Positions 17,132 through 24,044 of a stretch of 37,755 bases of DNA are shown here, piece after piece. Each line of letters starts with the position of its first letter. Position 1 is the first letter of the stretch. The DNA is from a virus (Duplodnaviria > Caudoviricetes): positions 1 through 37,755 of IMG/VR virus record IMGVR_UViG_3300037467_000574. One strand, 5' to 3'. The translations under genes were made by a program, and so were the position numbers. Below the pieces are notes generated by a model, which was given only the letters and a program-made list of their open reading frames with translations, made no database searches and was not told the origin of the DNA.

Positions 17132-17385
17132 TAGCGTTGCACCTCCACGAACACCCCATCGACGTAGTACCCGCCGAGACCGTTAGCGAGGGCGAGGTTA
17201 CGTGCCGCGCCTTTGGCCTCGGCCGTAAACCAGTGAGCCGAGCAGGGCACGCCGTTGTGCAGCACGCGAGCTTCCCGGCGGTCGCCAGGCTGCTTAGTCG
17301 TGTCCACGTCCACGCGCTTTAGGGGCACCGTACCGCCGAATGTGGGGTCGTCGGTCGGTGCGTTGATGTCGTAACGGTACGTCAC
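17131..17385 (-). CDS. Hypothetical protein
   Basis: Tiles in the operon; TAATG coupling. Confidence 0.7.
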   Translation of the reverse strand: MTYRYDINAPTDDPTFGGTVPLKRVDVDTTKQPGDRREARVLHNGVPCSAHWFTAEAKGAARNLALANGLGGYYVDGVFVEVQR

Positions 17386-17386
17386 G

Positions 17387-18058
17387 TTAGCGGGCCTTGC
17401 GACGGTTCATCTGGCGGGACTTGGCGGCCAGCTTGTTCTTGTGGCGGCGGTGGGCCTTGACTTTGGGCGGGACGTTGCGGACGTTGTTGTAGGTCTGGGG
17501 TTCGGGCTCGGCCTTGCTCGTACCCAGGTCGGCAGGGGTCAGGACCCGGCCGTAGTCCAGCAGGCCCATCGACCGCGCGGCGCGTTCGGACGGCTTACCC
17601 GCCAACAACGGCTTTCGGGCCTCCTTCGGTTCCATCATCACCCCCTTGTCCGCGCGGACCTGCTCCAAGCGGCGGGCGAAGCCGTCATCACGTTGGATGT
17701 TGAGTTCGACCTTGTTGGGGTCGTCGGTGGTGTGGACCGTGAGCTTGTCCCCGGCGTTGAGCGTCAACGGGCCGTCCACGGGGACGAACGTGGTGGTGTT
17801 GCCTTCGCGTTCGAGGGTGACCGCGTGGACCTCCTTGGGCTTGTTGTGCTCCATCACGCCGAAGCGGGCCGGGTCGGCCTCGGCGGTCTTGAGGGCGCGG
17901 GACCAGGCCCCGGCGGCGTTCTTGGCCTCGCCCAACACGGTGCCGTTCATCAACTCAACCCGGTAGGTGTCGTCGATGAGGAGGTTCTTGGTCACGACCA
18001 ACTTGGCGTCGGCGAAGTGCGCCGTCACGAGGGCCTTGGGGGACAGCTTCTCGGTCAT
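17387..18058 (-). CDS. Hypothetical protein with C-terminal Arg/Lys-rich helix
   Basis: ATG downstream of copy 5; ends KAHRRHKNKLAAKSRQMNRRKAR. Confidence 0.8.
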   Translation of the reverse strand: MTEKLSPKALVTAHFADAKLVVTKNLLIDDTYRVELMNGTVLGEAKNAAGAWSRALKTAEADPARFGVMEHNKPKEVHAVTLEREGNTTTFVPVDGPLTLNAGDKLTVHTTDDPNKVELNIQRDDGFARRLEQVRADKGVMMEPKEARKPLLAGKPSERAARSMGLLDYGRVLTPADLGTSKAEPEPQTYNNVRNVPPKVKAHRRHKNKLAAKSRQMNRRKAR

Positions 18059-18067
18059 TGTTCGGTT

Positions 18068-18083
18068 GCTCCTTTCGGGTAGC
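18068..18083 (-). repeat. Start-associated 16-mer, copy 5
   Basis: Exact repeat. Confidence 0.95.
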
Positions 18084-18092
18084 GTCTGACGT

Positions 18093-18300
18093 TGTGCTAG
18101 GGTAGCACATTGTAAGGCCCGGCGAAAGAACGGCCGCCAGGCCCTACGGTGTGATACCTAAGGGTTAAGAGTTGTTGTGTCTGGTGCAACGCCTGGACGG
18201 CGTTAGCTGTCGCCTCCGCGTTTAACGGGTTTGGAGGTCTTATCACATCCCGTCACGTCACGCCGGTACGTTCGGCCGTAGCTTACGCCCTACGGTGGCG
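18093..18300 (-). ncRNA. Candidate multi-hairpin intergenic RNA
   Basis: 250-nt gap without a credible ORF containing at least six stems; G-U wobbles fit the minus strand. Confidence 0.45.
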
Positions 18301-18333
18301 TTGTCGGTATGCCGTTCACTGTAACGTTCCCTT

Positions 18334-18804
18334 CTACTTGTCGGCCGAGCCTTCGGCCTTCTTGACGGCCACGAGGGCCGCGTCCCACGCGTCCGCTTCG
18401 GTGGCACCCTCGCCGAGCAGGAACGTTAGCGCGGTGTCGTCCACGCGCCAGCCGGTGTCGCTCTGCGAGGCCACAGCGGACGGGATGACCTTCAGGACGG
18501 CCTCTTTCGGGCTGTCCTTGTCGGCCAACTCCTCCACGTATTCGTACCCCCGGATGCTTACCAGGAACATGTTTTGCATCACGTTCGAGGAGCTATGCGC
18601 GCCGTCGGCGTTGAGCGCGATGGCCGCACCCCGGAAGTATTCGAGGGCGACAATGTGCATAGCCGCCTTCGACTTGGGGTAGTACGACGGGTTCTTGCGT
18701 ACCATCGTCACGAAGGCCCGCGCCAGCCGTTGCCGGATGGGCAGGCTGGTGTCGTTCTCCGCGTTGGGGTACTGGGGTTTGGGCGCTTTGGGCTTGGTTG
18801 CCAT
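18334..18804 (-). CDS. Two-domain hypothetical protein
   Basis: GGAGG RBS; TAATG coupling. Confidence 0.75.
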   Translation of the reverse strand: MATKPKAPKPQYPNAENDTSLPIRQRLARAFVTMVRKNPSYYPKSKAAMHIVALEYFRGAAIALNADGAHSSSNVMQNMFLVSIRGYEYVEELADKDSPKEAVLKVIPSAVASQSDTGWRVDDTALTFLLGEGATEADAWDAALVAVKKAEGSADK

Positions 18805-19040
18805 TACCGATGTCCTCCGTACTTGTGCAGTTGGGCTTTAGCCCAGGCGAGGCCGCTTTGTGCCACGGCCAAGGCTCTACCGGCGTCGAACAGCCGGGAC
18901 CAGGGCGCGTGGCACATCTGGAAGTCGAGGGTAACCCACTTGTGGTGCTGTTGGGCCTTCTCGTGGGCGCGTTCGGCTCGGTCGTGCTCCACCACGGCCT
19001 TGCAGCGTTGGTGGAGGGTGGGCGCGTCGTTCCGGCGCAT
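18804..19040 (-). CDS. Hypothetical protein
   Basis: AAGGAGG RBS. Confidence 0.7.
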   Translation of the reverse strand: MRRNDAPTLHQRCKAVVEHDRAERAHEKAQQHHKWVTLDFQMCHAPWSRLFDAGRALAVAQSGLAWAKAQLHKYGGHR

Positions 19041-19402
19041 TAGTCCTCCTTGCGCACGGCGAAGACGAACTCCTTGACGTACTCCAAGGCTTCTTCCACC
19101 TCGGAGTCCGTGACGGCGTTGACGTACGCCTTGCCCGGGTTGACGGTGTACGCGACGATGTCCCCGTTTTCGACGGTGACGCGCACGACGTTCTCGTCGT
19201 CCGAGTGGTAGGTGAAGCCGGGGTCGGCCTTGTCGATGACGTAGCGGTGACCGGCCGTGGCGAACAGGTACGTCGGGTTGGGCGCGGTGTAGTTGGCCGC
19301 GTTGGTGGCGACGATGGGCGCGTACTGGGGTTGCGTGGCAGCGCAGCCCGTGAGGCCCATCACCAGCATCAGCAGGGCCAGGTGTTGGCGGTAGTTACGC
19401 AT
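19040..19402 (-). CDS. Lipoprotein with Ig-like beta domain
   Basis: Signal peptide with lipobox LTG-C at residue 20; FTYHSDDENVVRVT...PGKAYV resembles a Big_2 pattern. Confidence 0.7.
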   Translation of the reverse strand: MRNYRQHLALLMLVMGLTGCAATQPQYAPIVATNAANYTAPNPTYLFATAGHRYVIDKADPGFTYHSDDENVVRVTVENGDIVAYTVNPGKAYVNAVTDSEVEEALEYVKEFVFAVRKED

Positions 19403-19416
19403 CTTTCGAATCTCCT

Positions 19417-19770
19417 CTAGTCCTTCAGGTGGACGTGGTTGCCGTTCGCATCGAAGAAGGCGACGTTGCGGACGCCGTCCTCGTGCTGCTTGAAGTAGTC
19501 GTAGCGGCCTTCGGGACGGTCGCTGCGGGCGTCGTGGTACATTTCCACGTACCAGTTCTCGTCCACGTCGCTTTCGCGCTCCTTGGTGCCCTGGTCGTAG
19601 GGCTGGCCCTTCTTGATGGGGTAGTTATGCGCGGTGGCGACCTTTCCGCTGAAGGTCATCCCCTTGTACCCGCACACGACGGTCAGCGGCTTTGCTTCGA
19701 CCTGGTGCTGGTACACCGCGTTGGGGTGCTTGGAGTCGTTGACGAAGGTGGCCTTGTGTTCGGTGTTCAT
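19417..19770 (-). CDS. Hypothetical protein
   Basis: AGGAG RBS. Confidence 0.75.
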   Translation of the reverse strand: MNTEHKATFVNDSKHPNAVYQHQVEAKPLTVVCGYKGMTFSGKVATAHNYPIKKGQPYDQGTKERESDVDENWYVEMYHDARSDRPEGRYDYFKQHEDGVRNVAFFDANGNHVHLKD

Positions 19771-19782
19771 TGCAGCGTTCTC

Positions 19783-20034
19783 CTACTTGCTCCAGGCCGT
19801 CACGCTCGCGTACTTGCCCACGAGGGGCATCGGGAAGGTTTCGTGCCACTTGTCCGCGTTGCCGCGCAGTTCACGGGCGATGTTGGCGATGTCATCCACC
19901 TGCGCGTCCGTGAGGGGCACGGCACACTGGACCAGCACTTCCAAGCCCTTGCCGTTGGCGAACGGGCGCTGGTAGCTGTACGTGCCGTTGTAGGCGGGCG
20001 CGTTGACGCGCTGGACCGGTTGGGTCGTGTTCAT
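19783..20034 (-). CDS. Hypothetical protein (MNTTQPV...)
   Basis: ATG at 20034 just downstream of copy 6. Confidence 0.75.
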   Translation of the reverse strand: MNTTQPVQRVNAPAYNGTYSYQRPFANGKGLEVLVQCAVPLTDAQVDDIANIARELRGNADKWHETFPMPLVGKYASVTAWSK

Positions 20035-20040
20035 AAGGTT

Positions 20041-20056
20041 GCTCCTTTCGGGTAGC
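20041..20056 (-). repeat. Start-associated 16-mer, copy 6
   Basis: Exact repeat. Confidence 0.95.
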
Positions 20057-20132
20057 CAAAGATAGCACAATGAGGCCCACCCCCGCCGTAGTAGGGGATG
20101 AGCCCGATGTGCTTTCTACATAACCCACCTCC

Positions 20133-20435
20133 TTACGGTAGCGGGTAAGGTTCGGCGCGGTTGACCGAGCGCCAAGTCTTTTGGTGCTTGTCCCACCACT
20201 TCTTGTTGCGACGGCGTACGCGCTCTTGCAGTTCGCGGCGCAACATCCGGCGAAGGTACTGGTTGCGACGTTGGGGATGCAACGCGGCTTCGTACCGGTA
20301 GTAGAACAGGTCTTCGACCCATTGCGGCACCGGGCGCTGGTAGCACCATTCGAGCTTTTGAGCCCGAGCGGCCCGCCACATCAGGTACCAGGCGTGCCGG
20401 GCGAACCGGTCATCGGTGGTAGCTTTGCGAGTCAT
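20133..20435 (-). CDS. Arg/Trp-rich basic protein (MTRKATT...)
   Basis: CCGAAAGGA RBS upstream (partial copy of the element). Confidence 0.65.
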   Translation of the reverse strand: MTRKATTDDRFARHAWYLMWRAARAQKLEWCYQRPVPQWVEDLFYYRYEAALHPQRRNQYLRRMLRRELQERVRRRNKKWWDKHQKTWRSVNRAEPYPLP

Positions 20436-20553
20436 ACCAACGTCCTTTCGGCCCACGGCCACAGGTCCAGCAAGGCGCAAGCCTGGTCGAAGATGCTATC
20501 GGCGCGTTGCTGGACGCGTATTATCCCGATGAAGGTGGGGTTCACGGTCGCAC

Positions 20554-20685
20554 CTACACTTTCTGCGTGACAACGTGCAGCGGGGCGGCCTTGCACTCGT
20601 CACACCCGCAATCCCACACGGGGATGGTGTTGTCGAATTGGCGCAAGCAGACGCGCTTGTCCCAGATGGTTTGCCAAGCTTCCAT
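20554..20685 (-). CDS. 43-aa Cys-rich peptide (MEAWQTIW...CGCDEC)
   Basis: ATG just downstream of copy 7. Confidence 0.65.
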   Translation of the reverse strand: MEAWQTIWDKRVCLRQFDNTIPVWDCGCDECKAAPLHVVTQKV

Positions 20686-20692
20686 CGTTGTA

Positions 20693-20708
20693 GCTCCTTT
20701 CGGGTAGC
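20693..20708 (-). repeat. Start-associated 16-mer, copy 7
   Basis: Exact repeat. Confidence 0.95.
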
Positions 20709-20725
20709 TTTGTGGGTTACATACG

Positions 20726-20776
20726 ACCTGTGGCGGGAATCGAACCTGCACGGCTTGCGCCGCTGCCTACACAGGC
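20726..20776 (-). ncRNA. Minimal tRNA-like RNA (acceptor stem and T-arm, no D or anticodon arm)
   Basis: GCCUGUG UAGGCAG CGGC-GCAA-GCCG U GCAGG-UUCGAUU-CCCGC CACAGGU: 7-bp acceptor, U8-A9, GGUUCGAUUCC T-loop consensus. Confidence 0.65.
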
Positions 20777-20828
20777 ACGGACGTAGCTGGTTGCCACGCC
20801 GTTCTACGGGTTTGTGCGGTAAACAGCA

Positions 20829-20860
20829 CAAGAAAGCCCCCCGGCAAGTACCGAGGGGCT
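20829..20860 (-). terminator. Rho-independent terminator
   Basis: AGCCCCUCGG-UACUUG-CCGGGGGGCU followed by UUCUU, 20 nt after the 20879 stop. Confidence 0.7.
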
Positions 20861-20878
20861 AATTTGTGACGTTTGGCG

Positions 20879-21385
20879 TTAGGTGGCGGCGTACCAGTCG
20901 CCGGGCCGCCGGAACGCATCCGGGGTACGCTCCTTGACCGTGACGCTATAGCTTTGGGTGGCGATGGGCCGACCCTTGCTATCCGTCCCGGTGATGTGCC
21001 CGGCGCGGACCTTTACGGCCTTCGTCGGCGCGGAGTACGGGCGAGGCACACGCGCCGTTTTGAGGTCGTTGTGGTACTCGCGCTGGCGACGTTGGTTGTC
21101 GCGGTTGCGTTCCCAAGTAGTCACACCGGTAGCTTTGAGGGGGCGCAGACGGTTGGGGTTCTTGCCCGCCTCCTTGTGCGCCTTGCACCGCGCGTTGAAG
21201 CTCTCCGCGCTTTCGTCTGTTAGACGTTGGGCGCTGGAGCCGAGGTAGCAAACGGCCTCAACGTCCTTTTGCCAGTTGGTACGCGCGGACAGGTCGGGTA
21301 GACCTTCCCACTTTCGTACTTCTGCACGTTCCGCGCTTTGGACCTGCTTTCGCGCCTTGTTCCGCGCCTTATCACGGGCCCGCAT
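20879..21385 (-). CDS. Very basic, Arg-rich early protein
   Basis: 168 aa, TAATG-coupled; N-terminus MRARDKARNKARKQVQSAERAEVRKW. Confidence 0.75.
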   Translation of the reverse strand: MRARDKARNKARKQVQSAERAEVRKWEGLPDLSARTNWQKDVEAVCYLGSSAQRLTDESAESFNARCKAHKEAGKNPNRLRPLKATGVTTWERNRDNQRRQREYHNDLKTARVPRPYSAPTKAVKVRAGHITGTDSKGRPIATQSYSVTVKERTPDAFRRPGDWYAAT

Positions 21386-21585
21386 TAGTACGCCACCACG
21401 GACAGCTTCCAGCCGGCGGGGTACTCACGGTAGTTACCGGAGTTGTGGGCTTGAACCAGAGTCTCGGCAAATTCCGCATTACGGATGTTGGTCACCACCT
21501 CGAAGGTGGGGCCGATGGTCTTGCCGAAGGCCGTCAGTTGGCCCATCACGGCGTAGGCTATGCCGGATTCGGGGTACTTGTGCAT
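21385..21585 (-). CDS. First gene of the leftward arm, hypothetical
   Basis: AAGGAGG RBS. Confidence 0.75.
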   Translation of the reverse strand: MHKYPESGIAYAVMGQLTAFGKTIGPTFEVVTNIRNAEFAETLVQAHNSGNYREYPAGWKLSVVAY

Positions 21586-21613
21586 TGTAACCTCCTTGCG
21601 GTAAGGTGACTGT

Positions 21614-21643
21614 AACTTAACATTTGTTAACCTTCTGTGGCAA
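21614..21643 (-). promoter_or_regulatory. Leftward early promoter TTGCCA-N18-TAAGTT with extended -10 TG
   Basis: Lies immediately upstream of the first leftward gene and its RBS. Confidence 0.6.
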
Positions 21644-22116
21644 CCCGTGGTTACCAGTCCGGGGTTAGAGTCACCTTGGTAGGGTACTCTAGTCCCGGCC
21701 CGGTTAGGGGCAGGGGTGGCGGGTACGGTTAGCAGTAACCGCCTAACTTGCTTCGACCTCCGCTAGCCTGCTTACCGGCTTGGTTGCGGGGTCCCGGCCC
21801 GGGTGGACTTACTATCGTCTGCCTCTGGGCCGTTATGCGGCATAGTGCCTCACATCCACCGGCAGGGCCCGCTTAGGGGGCGCAAGGGCCGTATCAGTTA
21901 CCCGCTAGGCTCAACGCTCGCCGCCTGGTGGTGTCGGGTAGGCTTGCGCCCGTCCCTAACCGAACCCCGGTACTACCCGGGACCAGTGAGATTGCCTAGC
22001 AGCCGTAACCCGGCCGCCTGGTGAATCAGGAACTATGCGGTTGTCAAGGTGCCGTGCGGGCCGGTGGCCTACACTGTACCGCTTCATCCCGTCCCCCCGG
22101 CTCGCTCGCTTGTGTT

Positions 22117-22239
22117 CTCTCTGCTGGTATCGGGTCGGGACCGTCAACGGCCAGAGTAGCACCCGGCGAGTCTGCCGGTTGGGTACCGCGCCGTGCTCTC
22201 TGCTGGTATCAGGCTTGCGCCGTCAACGGCCAGAGTAGC
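22117..22239. repeat. Two 44-bp direct repeats with a variable 9-bp core
   Basis: CTCTCTGCTGGTATC-N9-CCGTCAACGGCCAGAGTAGC at 22117-22160 and 22196-22239. Confidence 0.9.
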
Positions 22240-22829
22240 GGCCGGGGTACCGGGGGATGAAGTTGGGAAGGTGCTAACCGGAGTTGTGTAGGCGGTCTGG
22301 TCGCGGGCCCTATTGGGTGGTGGGCGGTGACCTCGTCGCCATCGACAAACACATTATGCCCACAACTCCGAAAAACTTGCCACCCCGAAACAACATTCTC
22401 GAAGCCGGAAACGACGCAACCACGTTAACGACGTTGCCCGTAGAAAACTCGTTTCGCCCGTCCCGCCTCGCTTCCCGGCGATTACCGAAAATTGGGTAAA
22501 AAAGTTTTTGGGCAAGCGGTACAGAAAACCCGGAAACCAAGTGGTAATCAGGTGATCCCGCCTGTACCCGAATCCCGGTACTACCCGGGGTGGGTCCGGC
22601 TGGCACACAGCAAACGCGCGCGATTATATAGGGGGTAGGTCCGGTCACCCCCGGCCGGTCCCCCGGGCCTGCTAGCGGGCCTGCTAGCTGGCAAGGATGA
22701 CCGGTCCCGGTGGGCCCGTCCCCCGTCCCCCTGCTACCAGGTGGGATATGTAGGTAACTACATAGGGGTAGCTCGGATGGGGTGGCGATCGCCAGAACAC
22801 AGGCAGGACGCGCGCTAGCGAGCAGGCAG

Positions 22830-22943
22830 ACCCGCAAGCTCGCCCGGTGGGCTGGATACCGGTAAGTGGGTACACACCCGGATACCATCGAACCCGCAAG
22901 CTCGCCTGTGACCTACGTCTGCGGGTACCCGTGCCCGCAAGCT
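22830..22943. repeat. Three CCCGCAAGCT direct repeats
   Basis: ACCCGCAAGCTCGCC at 22830 and 22892; CCCGCAAGCT at 22934. Confidence 0.8.
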
Positions 22944-23180
22944 GGCGCGCTGCCTGTGTCTGCGGGCCTGCCGGGTACCTGGTACCCACCGGCCGGTATG
23001 ACATGCCGCCGACGTGCCCGCCGGGGGTAGGCCACCCCCACTACGGCAGGCGCAGCCCCGGTCGGCGCGGGTATCCCGCAACCGATTCGCGCATAGTTTT
23101 TCATATAGTCGTCCCGTCGCCCGGGTACAGGCTAATTGTGGCCGTTAGACGTGTCGATAGCGTGTACCCAGAATTGGGGA

Positions 23181-23674
23181 TAGGACTTAGTTTTTCGAGC
23201 AGTTTGGGGCTATAAGCTGTTTTCGAGGTTTTTATGATGTCAATCCGCTTCGTCGTGATGTCATGTTCCTAGTTGGAAAACGGTGATTCTACTGTGTTTC
23301 AGCATTTGGATAGGACTTTTTCGTGTCGTTTCTGGGTCACTCCTAACTGGAAACAGGCTCTAAAAGCCAATCTACAGGTAAAATAGGACTTTAGGACTTC
23401 CGACAACTTTTCCCTATAGAGATTCTACGTGACGTGACGAGAGCAGAGAGCTGTACCTACCGTGGGTGACTCACAACTCAAGTCGGTTTCTTCCTATACG
23501 CGAGAAAAAGTCAGAATTTAGTCCTAAAGTCCTATTCTCTAGCCAGTTACTTGGTTTCAGGCTAGGACTTTATATATATAGTGTCCTACCCTTCCTATCC
23601 TTATTATTATAGGCTGTTTTCGGGGTAGGACAGACGAAATAATGCGGGTTTGAGCCCTCCCACGGGGATAGGAC
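23181..23674. repeat. AT-rich array of TAGGAC hexamers; candidate packaging (cos/pac) site or replication origin
   Basis: Ten exact copies in both orientations; perfect 17-bp inverted repeat at 23382-23398/23520-23536. Confidence 0.8.
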
Positions 23675-24044
23675 ACAGCCGTAGCGCCTGTCTACAGACT
23701 TCAGGTACACGTATTTTGACGGTGCAATGCGGTTCTACAGGCGTGAGGTGCCCCTGGAAACGCATATACGATTCCGAAACGACCGCCTGCAAGGTACCCA
23801 TTTTGAGTTAAAGCTCGAGATTTTACGCTAAAAACGGTACTCTGCAGCTTACCCAAACCCGGGTACTCAATTTCGGGTACAAAAATTTTCTGCTCCGCAG
23901 GTTGGCCCATTGGTTGTACCGCATTTCTGTTACTTAGGTGCTAGGGATTCGACCTCTACGACGGGGGCGCGAGGGGTGCGCCGCGACCGCCCGGGGCAAG
24001 TTGTGGCAGAATGGCATAAGTTACCAAATGTAACAAAATTCAGG

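Noticed and set aside
20726-20776. Canonical tRNA gene
   Set aside because: Too short, with no D-arm, no 7-nt anticodon loop and no CCA; reported as a tRNA-like ncRNA instead.
21617-21630. CtrA box
   Set aside because: The TTAA half-sites are 6 bp apart, not 7, and they are explained by the promoter sequence.
22117-22239. Mini CRISPR array (44-bp repeat, 35-bp spacer)
   Set aside because: Only two units, the repeats differ over a central 9 bp, there are no typical repeat ends and no cas genes; kept as an unexplained repeat.
21803-23910. ORF-track entries in the central region
   Set aside because: They overlap in all frames, lack RBSs, are low-complexity Pro/Arg/Gly-rich and run through DNA repeats; treated as non-coding.
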